Positions 14,692-24,835 are shown, counted from the first letter of the stretch. The stretch: DNA of 64,000 bases from an uncultured Actinomycetes bacterium (GCA_963787935.1 CAWBEV010000002.1:4563-68562), one strand, 5' to 3'. The notes: generated from the letters alone by a model not told the origin. Program-made: numbers and translations.

Positions 14692-15293
14692 GCGACTGGC
14701 CGGCCCCGCCGGCCCCGCTCCTGGAGGGCGCGCGTGTCCGGCTCGAGCCGCTCAGCGACGCGCATCGCGAGGGGCTTCACGCGGCCGCGGCCGACCCGCG
14801 CACGTGGACCTGGCTGCTCGCGCCGTCGCCGGCGGCCGATCCGGCGGTGCTCGACGCGTGGCTCGACGCGGCGCTGGCCGCCGCGGCGGCCGGCACCGAG
14901 GGCCCGTTCGCCACGATCGACGCGGCCGATGGACGCGTGCTCGGCTCGACGCGCTTCATGACCCTGCGCCCCGAGCATCGCGGCCTCGAGATCGGATGGA
15001 CGTGGCTGCATCCGGACGCGTGGGGCACGGGCGTGAACGTCGAGGCGAAGCTCCTGCAGCTCGCGCACGCCTTCGAGACGCTCGGCTGCCTGCGCGTCGA
15101 GCTGAAGACCCACGCGCGCAATGACCGCTCGCGCCGGGCGATGGAGCGCATGGGCGCGACGTACGAGGGCACGTTCCGCAAGTACCAGGTGACGCCCGGC
15201 ATCGGTCCGGGCGTCCGCGACAGCGCGTTCTACAGCGTCATCGACGATGACTGGCCCGCGGTGCGCGACGACCTGCGCTCGCGCCTGCGCTAG
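14688..15293 (+). CDS. GNAT family N-acetyltransferase (RimJ/RimL-like)
   Basis: Intact 201-aa ORF; start overlaps the ferritin stop by 4 nt. LEIGWTWLHPDAWGTGVNVEAKLLQLAHAFETLGCLRVELKTHARNDRSRRAMERMGATYEG. Confidence 0.85.
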   Translation: MSDWPAPPAPLLEGARVRLEPLSDAHREGLHAAAADPRTWTWLLAPSPAADPAVLDAWLDAALAAAAAGTEGPFATIDAADGRVLGSTRFMTLRPEHRGLEIGWTWLHPDAWGTGVNVEAKLLQLAHAFETLGCLRVELKTHARNDRSRRAMERMGATYEGTFRKYQVTPGIGPGVRDSAFYSVIDDDWPAVRDDLRSRLR

Positions 15294-15943
15294 CGGTCGC
15301 GCTCGGGCTCCGGCACGGTGCCGTCGGCCCAGCGGCGCTCGCCCCCGTCCACCTCGACCTTCCAGATCGGTGCCCGTGCCTTGATCGCGTCGATGATCTC
15401 GCGCGCGCCCTCGAAGGCCGCCCCGCGGTGCGGCGCGCTCACCGCGACCAGCACGCTCGGCTCGCTGAGCGCGACCGCGCCGACGCGGTGCTCGGCGGCC
15501 GCGGCGCACAGGCCGTGGCGCTCGATCGCAGCGGCGACGATCGCGCGCATCGCCGGCTCGGCCATCTCGGCGTAGGCCTCGTACTCGAGGCGCTCGACCT
15601 CGCGCGTGACCCCCGAGAACGTCACGACCGCTCCGGCGCGCGGATCGCGCACGCGCTCGGCGAGCGCCTCGAGCGAGAGCGGCTCGGCGCGCACGGCGAC
15701 ATGCAGCGCTGCGGCGCCGCCCGAGACCGGCGGGATCAGCGCCAGCTCGTCGCCGGCGGCCAGCACGTGCTCGCGGTCGGCGTACTCGCGGTTGACGGCC
15801 ATGACGCACGTCAGGCCGTCGGTCAGGGTCCCGAGCGCCGCGAGCGCGTCCGCGACGCGCGCGCCGTCGGGCAGCTCGAGCTCGACGACGTCACGCCCGG
15901 CCCGCTCGCGGAGCATGGCGAAGAGGCGCACGCGCACGGTCAT
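15290..15943 (-). CDS. Fused molybdopterin synthase MoaD-MoaE (MoaX-like)
   Basis: Within ORF 15290..16123; likely start MTVRVRLFAMLRE at 15943. Residues 1-76 are MoaD/ThiS-like and end in IPPVSGG. They are fused to a MoaE-like domain (AGAVVTFSGVTRE, EYEAYAEMA, SAPHRGAAFEGAREIIDAIKARAPIWK). Confidence 0.85.
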   Translation of the reverse strand: MTVRVRLFAMLRERAGRDVVELELPDGARVADALAALGTLTDGLTCVMAVNREYADREHVLAAGDELALIPPVSGGAAALHVAVRAEPLSLEALAERVRDPRAGAVVTFSGVTREVERLEYEAYAEMAEPAMRAIVAAAIERHGLCAAAAEHRVGAVALSEPSVLVAVSAPHRGAAFEGAREIIDAIKARAPIWKVEVDGGERRWADGTVPEPERDR

Positions 15944-16028
15944 CGCGCCGAACGCTACCGCCGCCCCGCACCTCGGACACCCGCCGAGTGCCGATCGCGG
16001 AGTCCGGCGGGCGCCGTACCGTTCGTCC

Positions 16029-17501
16029 ATGCGCCCGGCCCGCCGTCTGCTCCCGCTGGCCCTCGCGGTCCTCGCCGCCGCCGCGCTCGCCGCTCCGGCC
16101 GCGGATGCCGGGCCGGCGTTCACGATCGGCCACGGGCGCGCGCCGCATCTCGTCGTCGTCCCGGCGACCGGTGCGCTGCACGCGGTCTGGGTCGACGACC
16201 CCGAGGCCCAGACGGTCCACTACTGCCGCGTGACGCGCGGTGCGACGAGGTGCGGCACGCGACGTGACCTCGTACTCGGCGTCGACGGTGTGACGGCGAG
16301 CGACCCGTTCGTGCTGCGCGAGCCGGACGGGGTGCTGCGCATCGTCACGACGCGCTACGTCGGCGCCGACGCGTGGAGCTGGCGCAGCGATGACGACGGC
16401 GCCACGTGGACCGGGCCGACGAAGCTCTACGCGGCGCCGAACGGCACCGACCACGGCGAGCCGATCCTCGGTCCGGGCACCGGGAGGATCACGTTCGCGA
16501 GCTGGAACCCGGCGCGCAGCGTGTTCCGCACGGCCGCGGACGGCAGCCAGTCGAGCCTCGGTGCCGCGGCGATCCCGGACGCCGGCGGCGACGCCTCGCT
16601 CCGCTTCAACTTCGCCGTGGCACCCACCGGCGACGGCGGGCTCGTGGCCACCGCGGACACGCTCGCCCAGGTCGCCTTCTGGCGCCTGGCGCCCGGCGCC
16701 GACCCCAACCAGACGGCCGCCTGGAGCCCGCCCACGCCGATCGGCCCCGGCAGCGAGTCGCGCGTCGCCGGTGGCCCCGGCGGTGCCTACGTGCTCTCCC
16801 AGCGCCTCGGGGGCTTCCCGCGGACCTGGGAGGTGCGCCACTGGGCGGGCGCGGCGTTCGGCGCGCCCGTCGCGGTCGGCACGCAGACCGGCTACGTGCC
16901 CGACCTGCACGTCGGGCCGAGCGGCGTGGTCGTCGCGGTCTGGCGCGAGAACGGGACGCCGAACCTCCTGCGCGCCGCGTTCTCGACGAACCGCGGCGCG
17001 AGCTTCGGCGCACCGATCACCGCGAGCACCGACGCCGGCCTGTTCACGAGCCTCGACGCCGCGCTCGCGCAGGACGCGCACGGGTTCGCGGTCTGGCAGG
17101 GCGACGGCAAGACGATCCGGGCCGCCGCGCTCGACCCGGCCGGGACGTCCGCTCCGGCCCCGCCGACGCGCGAGACCGTCGGCGCCGTCCCGGGCGCACG
17201 GCTGCGTTTCGGCGTGCCGAAGGGCTGCGTCATGGTCGGGTCCACGTACCGCGTGACGCTGAAGTGGAGGCGCCAGAAGCGCAAGGGGAACGTCTTCGTG
17301 AAGATCCGCCGCACCGACTTCTACGTCGGTTCGAAGATCGTCGCCCGCGATCTCAGCGCCCCGTTCGTGCGGACGCTGAAGGTCAGGACGGGCGCGCAGC
17401 GCGGCGTGGCGATCCGTCTGCGGGCACGGGCGTTCATCAAGGTGCGCCGCGGACGCGGCCCGAAGAAGTCGATCCTCGCGACGATCCGCGTCTGCCCGTA
17501 G
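16029..17501 (+). CDS. Secreted hypothetical protein with BNR/Asp-box motifs
   Basis: The in-frame ATG at 16029 in ORF 15606..17501 gives signal peptide MRPARRLLPLALAVLAAAALAAPAADA. Asp-box SDDDGATW and related STNRGASF. Basic C-terminal domain. Function not assignable. Confidence 0.75.
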   Translation: MRPARRLLPLALAVLAAAALAAPAADAGPAFTIGHGRAPHLVVVPATGALHAVWVDDPEAQTVHYCRVTRGATRCGTRRDLVLGVDGVTASDPFVLREPDGVLRIVTTRYVGADAWSWRSDDDGATWTGPTKLYAAPNGTDHGEPILGPGTGRITFASWNPARSVFRTAADGSQSSLGAAAIPDAGGDASLRFNFAVAPTGDGGLVATADTLAQVAFWRLAPGADPNQTAAWSPPTPIGPGSESRVAGGPGGAYVLSQRLGGFPRTWEVRHWAGAAFGAPVAVGTQTGYVPDLHVGPSGVVVAVWRENGTPNLLRAAFSTNRGASFGAPITASTDAGLFTSLDAALAQDAHGFAVWQGDGKTIRAAALDPAGTSAPAPPTRETVGAVPGARLRFGVPKGCVMVGSTYRVTLKWRRQKRKGNVFVKIRRTDFYVGSKIVARDLSAPFVRTLKVRTGAQRGVAIRLRARAFIKVRRGRGPKKSILATIRVCP

Positions 17502-17538
17502 CCGCGCGCGGCCCCTCCACGGCGGTACGGTTCGGACC

Positions 17539-19155
17539 ATGGCCACCACCCCCGACGAGCACCTGACGATCGCCCCGATCGTCGGGCCCGATGATCCCCG
17601 GCGCTTCACGGACTCCGGCATCGAGATCAAGGAGCTCTACGACGCCTCCGACCTGCCGGAGGACCCGCGCCTCGGCGAGCCCGGCGACTACCCGTACACC
17701 CGCGGCGTCCACCGCGAGATGTACCGCCGGCAGCTGTGGACGATGCGCCAGTACGCGGGCTACGCGAGCGCGAAGGAGAGCAACGAGCGCTACCGCTACC
17801 TGCTCTCGCGCGGCGGCACCGGTCTCTCGATGGCCTTCGACCTGCCGACCCAGCTCGGCCTGGACTCCGACGATCCGCTGTGCCAGGGCGAGGTCGGCCG
17901 CACCGGGGTCGCGATCGACACGATCGACGACATGCGCACGACCTTCGACGGCATCCCGCTCGACCAGGTCTCGACGTCGATGACGATCAACGCTCCGGCC
18001 GCCGTGCTGCTGATGCTCTACGACCTCGTCGGCGAGGAGCAGGGCGTGCCGAGCGACAAGCTCCGCGGCACGACCCAGAACGACGTGCTCAAGGAGTACA
18101 TCGCGCGCGGCAACTACATCTACCCGCCGCAGGCCACGATGCGGCTGACGACGGACATCTTCGAGTACTGCCACGAGAACATCCCGCGCTGGAACACGAT
18201 CTCGATCTCCGGCTACCACTTCCGCGAGAAGGGCTGCTCGGCCGTCCAGGAGGTCGCCTTCACGCTCTCCAGCGGGATCGCCTACGTGCAGGCCGCGGTG
18301 GATCGCGGGCTCGACGTCGACGAGTTCGCCCCGCGCCTGGCGTTCTTCTTCAACGGTCACAACAACGTCTTCCAGGAGGTCGCGAAGTTCCGCGCGGCCC
18401 GCCGGATGTGGGCGACGATCATGCGGGAGCGGTTCGGGGCGACGAACCCGAAGTCGCTGATGCTGCGCTTCCACACGCAGACCGGCGGCGTCACGCTCAC
18501 CGCCCAGCAGCCGGAGAACAACATCGTGCGCGTCGCGCTGCAGGGCTTCGCGGCGGTCTGCGGAGGCACGCAGTCGCTGCACACCAACGGGTTCGACGAG
18601 GCGCTCGCGCTGCCCACCGAGCGGGCCGCGAAGATCGCGCTGCGCACGCAGCAGATCATCGGCGCCGAGTCCGGGGCCACCGACACGGTCGACCCGTTCG
18701 CCGGTTCGTACTACGTCGAGTCGCTCACCGACGAGATCGAGGAGCGGGCGGGCGAGCTGATCGCGAAGGTCGACGAGCTCGGCGGCTCGACGCACGCGAT
18801 CGAGTTCATCACGAACGAGATCGACGAGAGCGCGTGGGGCTACCAGGAGCGCTACCGGATCGGCCAGGACGTCGTCGTCGGCGTGAACGAGTACGTCGAG
18901 GACGAGCTCGAGGTGCCGGATCTCCTGCGCGTGGACCCCGAGTCCGAGCGCGAGCAGCTCGACCGCCTGCGCGCGTTCAAGGCCGACCGCGACCAGGCGC
19001 TCGTCGCGCAGCGGCTCGACGAGCTGCGCGAGGCCGCGCGCGGGACCGAGAACCTCGTGCCGGTGATCCGGCGCGCGCTGAAGGACCACTGCTCGATGGG
19101 CGAGGTCTGCGGCGCGATGAAGGACGTCTTCGGCAAGTACCAGCCGACCTTCTGA
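17539..19155 (+). CDS. Methylmalonyl-CoA mutase, catalytic (large) subunit without a B12-binding domain
   Basis: Intact 538 aa. YPYTRGVHREMYRRQLWTMRQYAGYASAKESNERYRYLL, GLSMAFDLPTQLG, RGTTQNDVLKEYIARGNYIYPP (Arg at the MCM-type substrate position), ISISGYHFREKG. Confidence 0.93.
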   Translation: MATTPDEHLTIAPIVGPDDPRRFTDSGIEIKELYDASDLPEDPRLGEPGDYPYTRGVHREMYRRQLWTMRQYAGYASAKESNERYRYLLSRGGTGLSMAFDLPTQLGLDSDDPLCQGEVGRTGVAIDTIDDMRTTFDGIPLDQVSTSMTINAPAAVLLMLYDLVGEEQGVPSDKLRGTTQNDVLKEYIARGNYIYPPQATMRLTTDIFEYCHENIPRWNTISISGYHFREKGCSAVQEVAFTLSSGIAYVQAAVDRGLDVDEFAPRLAFFFNGHNNVFQEVAKFRAARRMWATIMRERFGATNPKSLMLRFHTQTGGVTLTAQQPENNIVRVALQGFAAVCGGTQSLHTNGFDEALALPTERAAKIALRTQQIIGAESGATDTVDPFAGSYYVESLTDEIEERAGELIAKVDELGGSTHAIEFITNEIDESAWGYQERYRIGQDVVVGVNEYVEDELEVPDLLRVDPESEREQLDRLRAFKADRDQALVAQRLDELREAARGTENLVPVIRRALKDHCSMGEVCGAMKDVFGKYQPTF

Positions 19156-19655
19156 TGGTTCCGCTGGCGATCCGCTTCTACGACGTCGTCGTCTGGCTGC
19201 ACGTTGCGGCGATCATCGTGGCGTTCGGCGTGACGTTCGTCTACCCGCTGCTGCTCAGCCGGCTCACGCGCGCGGCCCCCGAGTCGCTGCCGGGCGTGTT
19301 CGCGGCGATGTCCTGGATCGGGCGCGCGGTGATCACGCCGGCGATGGTCGTCGCCCTGCTCGCCGGGATCTACCTGGCGACCGACGCCGAGGTCTGGGAC
19401 CGCACCTGGGTCGCGGTCCCGCTCGTGATCCTGATCATCCTCTTCGGCATGGGCGGTGCGTTCTTCTCGCCGACCGAGCACAAGCTCGCCGCGCTCGCCA
19501 CGCGCGACGTCGCCGAGGACCGCGCCGCCGGCCGCCCGATCACCTTCTCCGCCGAGTACCAGGCCATGTTCCGCCGGCTCGTCACCGGCGGCCTCGTCGC
19601 GAGCACGCTCGTGCTGATCGCGCTGTACTTCATGGTCGTCAAGCCGTTCCCGTAG
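19155..19655 (+). CDS. Integral membrane protein (DUF2269-like, 4 TM)
   Basis: ATG at 19155 overlaps the mutase stop (TGATG). 166 aa with four hydrophobic helices (VVVWLHVAAIIVAFGVTFVYPLLL, AVITPAMVVALLAGIYL, VAVPLVILIILFGMGGAFF, LVASTLVLIALYFMVV). Confidence 0.7.
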   Translation: MVPLAIRFYDVVVWLHVAAIIVAFGVTFVYPLLLSRLTRAAPESLPGVFAAMSWIGRAVITPAMVVALLAGIYLATDAEVWDRTWVAVPLVILIILFGMGGAFFSPTEHKLAALATRDVAEDRAAGRPITFSAEYQAMFRRLVTGGLVASTLVLIALYFMVVKPFP

Positions 19656-19699
19656 GGCGCGGGCCGAGGCGTTCCCACATCCGGCGCGCCACGCGGGAT

Positions 19700-19740
19700 C
19701 TGATGCACGCACCTCCGCCGACCGGAGGCGAATGCATCAG
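19700..19740. terminator. Candidate bidirectional hairpin between convergent genes
   Basis: CTGATGCA(19700-19707)...TGCATCAG(19733-19740) encloses inner stem CCTCCG(19712-17)/CGGAGG(19723-28). It overlaps the stop of the minus-strand gene. No U-tract. Confidence 0.35.
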
Positions 19741-20627
19741 ACCTGCGCGAGCGCGGCGGCGAGGGTGTCGGCGACCTCGGTCGGGCGGCGGGTGACCTGT
19801 GCCCAGGAGAACCGCAGGACGCGATGGCCGGCGCGCGTCAGTCGCGCGTCCCGGGCCCGGTCGCGCTCGAACGCCGACCGGCTCGCGTGGAACTGCAGGC
19901 CGTCCGTCTCGGCGATGACGTGCTGGGCCCTCCAGACGAAGTCGACCTCGATTCCGGCGACCCGCGCGTTCGACTCGGGCCGCCCGATCCCCGCGGCGTC
20001 AACGAGCCCGACGAAGCGCTCCTCGAGCTCGCTGCGCGTCACGAGCGGCGCCCAGGCCTCGAGCACCGCGCGGACCTTTGCGGCTCCCGGCCGGTGGCGT
20101 GCGGATGCGAGCAGCGTCGGCACGTCGACGAGGTGCCGCGCATCGGCGAGCTCGATCGCCCGCTCGACGCGACGCGGTGCCGCCGTCGAGGCGAAGTCCA
20201 CGATCGTGCGCTCGACCGTGGTGACCGGGATCCGGGAGCGGCTCGTGACCTCGCCCGGCCTCAGTCGCAGCGTCGTGTGGACGCGCACCCCGGGCGTCGA
20301 CCGGCGCCCACGCGCCGTCGTCGTCACGTCAACGCTCCGGTCACTGCGGCCGACGAGATCCCAGAGCTGCGCGGCCGATGCATGGCTGAGGTACGCGACA
20401 CCGCCGACCGACAGAACCGCGGCCAGCCAGCGCCCTTCCCTGCCGATGACCGGATGCCCGACCGCATACACGCCACGGTGGATGCGATGGAGCCGGCCAG
20501 CGGCGATGCGGCGCCCGATCGCGGCCTCGGAGAACCCGAGCTCCCGCAGCTGCGACCAGCTGACGAGTCCCCGCTGGCGCGCCGCCGCTCGCGCCAGCGC
20601 CACTTCCCGTCGCTGATGCGCTGACAT
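19737..20627 (-). CDS. DUF559 (Vsr-like endonuclease fold) protein with AbiEi-like N-terminal wHTH
   Basis: C-terminal 296 aa of ORF 19737..22172, starting MSAHQRREVALARAAARQRGLVSWSQLRELGFSEAAIGRRIAAGRLHRIHRGVYAVGH (AbiEi_4-like). Ends EVDFVWRAQHVIAETDGLQFHASRSAFERDRARDARLTRAGHRVLRFSWAQV (DUF559). Confidence 0.85.
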   Translation of the reverse strand: MSAHQRREVALARAAARQRGLVSWSQLRELGFSEAAIGRRIAAGRLHRIHRGVYAVGHPVIGREGRWLAAVLSVGGVAYLSHASAAQLWDLVGRSDRSVDVTTTARGRRSTPGVRVHTTLRLRPGEVTSRSRIPVTTVERTIVDFASTAAPRRVERAIELADARHLVDVPTLLASARHRPGAAKVRAVLEAWAPLVTRSELEERFVGLVDAAGIGRPESNARVAGIEVDFVWRAQHVIAETDGLQFHASRSAFERDRARDARLTRAGHRVLRFSWAQVTRRPTEVADTLAAALAQV

Positions 20628-20771
20628 CCGTTGAGCGGAGGTTGCTGCACCAGATCCGTGCACCGGCCGATCCTGCGCGGCCGCCTGTGACGGCGGGCCG
20701 CTGGGATTGCGGCGGGAATGCGCTTGCAGGTGACGTAACGCCGCACAGCGAGGCAGGAGCCGCGGGGGGCG

Positions 20772-21539
20772 GTGGCGAAACGGAGAGACGTCATGCCCGA
20801 GTTCCGCGCGCAGCGCACCCTCGTGAAGTCCCCGCCCGAACTGTGGGCGGAGATCAGTGACGTGCAGACCCTCGCTCGCCGGCTGGAAGCCTTCGGCGAG
20901 GTCCGCATCACCCGGCTGGAGCCCGAGACCGCCGTCGCCTGGGAGGGCGATACCGCGAGCGGCACGGTGGAGCTCGAGCCCTCCGGGTGGGGCACGAAGG
21001 TGACCGTGACGGCGACGCCGCCGGCGACCGAGACGACCACGGAGCCCACGCCCGAGCCCGAGCCGACGCGCGAGCCGATCCGAGCCTCCGTCGCGATCCG
21101 CGAGCCCGAACCGGAGCCCGAGCCCGAGGCGATCCGCGAGCCCGAGCCCGAGGCGACACGCGAGACGAGCGAGACGACCACCCCCGAGGCCGAGGCGACC
21201 GGGACCGACATCCCGCCTGCGCCCCCAAAGGGATTCTTCGTCCGCTTCCTCACCGCCTTCCGCGGCCACCAGGACGTTCCCGACGCCCGTCGCGAGCCCA
21301 CTCCCGAGCCCGAGCCGCCGGCTCCTGAACCGCAGGCCGCGGCGCTCCAGCCCGAGCCGGAGCCCGAGCCCGAACCGGAGCCCGACGCCGTCGCGCCGCC
21401 CGAGGTCGAGCCCGAAGTCCACGTCGAGCCCACCGAACCGGGCGCCCCGACGCTCGACGAGGGGCTCATCGAGGGGGTGCTCACCGGCGTCCTGGAGGAC
21501 CTCGGCGCCGCGCACCACCGCCCGTACTCGCGCTCGTAG
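20772..21539 (+). CDS. Hypothetical protein: small SRPBCC-like N-domain plus long Glu-Pro repeat region
   Basis: Intact 255-aa ORF (alternative start MPEF at 20793). N-terminus RTLVKSPPELWAEISDVQTLARRLEAFGEVRITRLEPETAVAWEG, then PEPEPT/REPEPEPEPEA repeats, then conserved-looking tail LIEGVLTGVLEDLGAAHHRPYSRS. Confidence 0.7.
   Translation: MAKRRDVMPEFRAQRTLVKSPPELWAEISDVQTLARRLEAFGEVRITRLEPETAVAWEGDTASGTVELEPSGWGTKVTVTATPPATETTTEPTPEPEPTREPIRASVAIREPEPEPEPEAIREPEPEATRETSETTTPEAEATGTDIPPAPPKGFFVRFLTAFRGHQDVPDARREPTPEPEPPAPEPQAAALQPEPEPEPEPEPDAVAPPEVEPEVHVEPTEPGAPTLDEGLIEGVLTGVLEDLGAAHHRPYSRS
21046..21395 (+). repeat. Coding GAGCCC/GAACCG hexanucleotide (Glu-Pro) low-complexity repeats, in two blocks
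   Basis: Runs of gagcccgagccc / gaaccggagccc at about 21046-21170 and about 21290-21395, inside the 20772..21539 CDS. Confidence 0.8.
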
Positions 21540-21547
21540 CGCGGGTA

Positions 21548-23158
21548 CTACCCCTCGGCCCGGTACACGACCTCGCCGTCGACGACCGTCGCGAGGACCG
21601 GCAGGTCCGGCAGGTCGTCGGCGCGCAGGTCGACCGGATCCTCCTCGAACACCGTCAGGTCGCCGCGCATCCCCGGCGCGATCCGGCCCGCGACCGCGCC
21701 GTCGCCCGCCGCGAGCGCCGCCTGGGTCGTGTAGCCCTCGAGCGCCTCGGCCGCGGTCAGGCACTGCTCCGGGGCGAACGGCCGGTTCCCGGGCAGCCGC
21801 GGATCGCGCCGCAGCCGTGCCCAGGCCATGCCGAGCCGCGGGTCGAAGTCGGCGATCGACCAGTCCGAGCCGAGCGCCAGCACGGCGCCGCTGCGCCGCA
21901 CGTCGGCCCAGCGGAAGGCGCGGTCCATCCGTTCGGCACCGACGGCCCGGGCCCAGCGCTCGTCGGGATCCTCGTCGCCGTCGAGCCCCTCGATGTGCTG
22001 CGGCTGCATCGACGCGGCGACACCCTCGCGCTGCAGGCGCGCGAGCTCCTCGTCGCGCAGCGTCTCGAGATGCTCGACGCGATGCGGGGCCCCGCCGGCC
22101 GCGGGCGCGCAGGCGCGGTAGGCGTCGAGCGCCGCCCGGACCGCACCGTCGCCGACGGTGTGCGTGACGCACTGGAACCCGTGGCCCGCCATTCGCGCAA
22201 CCGCCGCCGCGTAGGCGCCGCCGGTCGTCCAGAACGGCTGGTTGTTGCGCCCGTCCGGGTCGGGCTCGTGCATCCAGGCGGTCCCGGACTCGATCACGCC
22301 GTCCGCGAAGAACTTCGCGACGCCGCCGGTCCAGCGGCGCCCGCGGCGCTCACGCAGCGGCGCGAGCGCGTCGAGCTCCTCATCCTCCACACCTGGGCGA
22401 ATCCACAGCGGCAGGCGAAGCCGCGCGGTCAGCCCGGCGGCCGCGTCCATCGCCTCGACCACGTCCAGGAGCTCCGGATCGCCGAGCATCACGTGGCCAC
22501 CGGTGAGTCCCGCGGCATTCATCGCTGCCAGCGTCGCCGCGTACGCCGCCCGCCGCTCGGCCTGCGGCGGCTGCGGGATGACCGCGTCGACGACGTCCAT
22601 CGCCGCCCATTCCCGCAGCTCCCCGGTGGGACGGCCGTCGCCGTCGCACACGATCTCCGCGCGCTCGTCGAACCGGCGGGCACCGGTGATCCCGGCGGCC
22701 GCGAGCGCGCCGGTGGACACGAGCAGCGTGTGGAGGTCGAAGAAGCGCAGCGCCGCCGGGGCGCCGCCGAGCACGTCGTCGATCGCCGTCGCGACCGCGC
22801 CACCGTCCGCGAACGGCTCGTAGCGCAGGCCGTGGCCGACGATCCAGGCGCCCGGGGCGAGCGCCGCGCGCGCCTGCACGAGCCGCGCGCGCAGCTGACC
22901 GATCGACGTGACGTCCGAGAGGTCGAGCCCGCGCCGGACGTCCGTGCCGCGGAACGGGTGGATGTGCGCGTCCACGAGGCCCGGAACGACCGCCGCGCCC
23001 GCGGCGTCGAGGACGGCGGCACCCGCGGGCGCCGCCTCGCGCACGGCCGCCTCATCGCCGCACGCCACGATCACGCCGTCGCGCACCGCCACCGCGGAGG
23101 CGTGCGGGCGCGCGGGATCCAGCGTGCGCACGCGGGCGTTGACGACCACCAGATCCAC
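21548..23158 (-). CDS. Amidohydrolase family protein (Amidohydro_3-type metal-dependent hydrolase)
   Basis: Intact 536 aa. [14 protein letters not shown]...[13 protein letters not shown]...[13 protein letters not shown] (HxH metal motif)...[15 protein letters not shown]...VLALGSDW. Confidence 0.88.
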   Translation of the reverse strand: MDLVVVNARVRTLDPARPHASAVAVRDGVIVACGDEAAVREAAPAGAAVLDAAGAAVVPGLVDAHIHPFRGTDVRRGLDLSDVTSIGQLRARLVQARAALAPGAWIVGHGLRYEPFADGGAVATAIDDVLGGAPAALRFFDLHTLLVSTGALAAAGITGARRFDERAEIVCDGDGRPTGELREWAAMDVVDAVIPQPPQAERRAAYAATLAAMNAAGLTGGHVMLGDPELLDVVEAMDAAAGLTARLRLPLWIRPGVEDEELDALAPLRERRGRRWTGGVAKFFADGVIESGTAWMHEPDPDGRNNQPFWTTGGAYAAAVARMAGHGFQCVTHTVGDGAVRAALDAYRACAPAAGGAPHRVEHLETLRDEELARLQREGVAASMQPQHIEGLDGDEDPDERWARAVGAERMDRAFRWADVRRSGAVLALGSDWSIADFDPRLGMAWARLRRDPRLPGNRPFAPEQCLTAAEALEGYTTQAALAAGDGAVAGRIAPGMRGDLTVFEEDPVDLRADDLPDLPVLATVVDGEVVYRAEG

Positions 23159-23241
23159 GAGACGCGGGATTTCAGCACGTCCCCGTTGCGCGCGTCGCAG
23201 GGCGGCCCCGCCCCTCCTCGATCTCTAGACTCCGCCGCCCC

Positions 23242-24810
23242 ATGGCACGCCTCAAGCATCCCGAGACGTTCGACGAGAAGCTCGCCCATCTCACCGAGAT
23301 CCGCGAGCTCGCGATGCACTCCTCGCCGGAGGCCGAGGAGAAGCAGCATGCGAAGGGCAAGCACACCGCGCGCGAGCGCATCGAGAAGCTGCTCGACCCG
23401 GGCTCCTTCCAGGAGCTCGACACGTTCGTGCGCCACCGCACCTACGACTTCGACATGCAGAAGAACCGTCCCTGGGGCGACGCGGTCGTCACCGGCCACG
23501 GAAAGATCGACGGCCGGCCGGTGTGCGTCTTCAGCCAGGACTTCACCGTCTTCGGCGGCTCGCTCGGCGAGGTCATGGCCGAGAAGATGTGCAAGATCAT
23601 GGACCTGGCCGCGAAGATCGGCTGCCCGGTGATCGGCATCAACGACTCCGGCGGCGCGCGGATCCAGGAGGGCGTCGTCTCGCTCGGCGCCTACGGCGAC
23701 GTGTTCGTGCGCAACGTCATGTGCTCGGGCGTCATCCCGCAGATCAGCCTGATCATGGGCCCGTGCGCGGGCGGCGCGGTCTACTCGCCGGCGATCACGG
23801 ACTTCATCTTCATGGTGCGCGAGACCTCGCACATGTTCATCACGGGCCCTGACGTCATCAAGACGGTCACCGGCGAGGAGGTCGGGTTCGAGGATCTCGG
23901 CGGCGCGATGACCCACAACTCGAAGTCGGGCGTCGCGCACCTCGCGGCCGAGGACGAGGACGCGCTGCTCGAGGACACCCGCTTCGTGTTCTCGTTCCTG
24001 CCGCAGAACAACCTCGAGACGCCGCCGCGCGTCATGCCGACCGACCCGGTGGACCGCATGGACCCCGAGCTTGACGAGCTCGTCCCCGAGAACCCGAACA
24101 AGCCCTACGACATGCGGACGGTCGTGCGCGCGATCGTCGACGACAGCGAGTTCTTCGAGATCCACGAGCACTGGGCGAAGAACCTCATCGTGGGCTTCGC
24201 CCGGCTCAACGGCCACGCCGTGGGCGTCGTCGGCAACCAGCCCGCGCAGCTCGCCGGCGTGCTCGACATCGACGCGAGCTCGAAGGGCGCGCGCTTCGTC
24301 CGCACCTGCGACGCCTTCAACATCCCGCTGCTGACGTTCTGCGATGTCCCCGGCTTCCTGCCCGGCACCTCGCAGGAGTGGGGCGGGATCATCCGCCACG
24401 GCGCGAAGCTCCTGTATGCGTTCACCGAGGCGACGGTCCCGAAGATCACCGTCGTCACGCGCAAGGCCTACGGCGGCGCCTACGACGTGATGGCCTCCAA
24501 GCACCTGCTCGCGGACTTCAACTTCGCCTGGCCGCAGGCCGAGGTCGCCGTCATGGGCCCCGAGGGCGCGGTGAACATCATCTACCGCCGCGACCTGGCG
24601 TCCTCGCCGACCCCCGACGAGCGCCGCCAGAAGCTCATGGCCGACTACAAGGCGCGCTTCGCGAACCCGTATTCCGCAGCCGAGCGCGGCTACATCGACG
24701 ACGTGATCGCACCGCACCAGACGCGTCCGAAGATCATCGAAGCGCTCGAGACGCTGCTGACCAAGCGCGTCGCACAGCCGAAGCGCAAGCACGGCAACAT
24801 CCCGCTGTAG
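23242..24810 (+). CDS. pccB: Propionyl-CoA carboxylase beta subunit / methylmalonyl-CoA carboxyltransferase
   Basis: Intact 522 aa. [81 protein letters not shown]. Confidence 0.93.
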   Translation: MARLKHPETFDEKLAHLTEIRELAMHSSPEAEEKQHAKGKHTARERIEKLLDPGSFQELDTFVRHRTYDFDMQKNRPWGDAVVTGHGKIDGRPVCVFSQDFTVFGGSLGEVMAEKMCKIMDLAAKIGCPVIGINDSGGARIQEGVVSLGAYGDVFVRNVMCSGVIPQISLIMGPCAGGAVYSPAITDFIFMVRETSHMFITGPDVIKTVTGEEVGFEDLGGAMTHNSKSGVAHLAAEDEDALLEDTRFVFSFLPQNNLETPPRVMPTDPVDRMDPELDELVPENPNKPYDMRTVVRAIVDDSEFFEIHEHWAKNLIVGFARLNGHAVGVVGNQPAQLAGVLDIDASSKGARFVRTCDAFNIPLLTFCDVPGFLPGTSQEWGGIIRHGAKLLYAFTEATVPKITVVTRKAYGGAYDVMASKHLLADFNFAWPQAEVAVMGPEGAVNIIYRRDLASSPTPDERRQKLMADYKARFANPYSAAERGYIDDVIAPHQTRPKIIEALETLLTKRVAQPKRKHGNIPL

Positions 24811-24835
24811 CGGCGGTCACCCGGCCGAGCGACCG

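Noticed and set aside
21046-21395. A repeat array that might be mistaken for a CRISPR or other non-coding tandem repeat.
   Set aside because: The units are 6-nt in-frame Glu-Pro codon repeats inside a CDS. There is no repeat-spacer architecture and there are no cas genes.
20628-22172. The N-terminal 515 aa of the 811-aa minus ORF 19737..22172.
   Set aside because: It is Arg/Gly/Ala-rich junk that runs antisense to the Glu-Pro repeat gene and into the amidohydrolase gene. The recognisable DUF559 protein starts at the internal ATG 20627.
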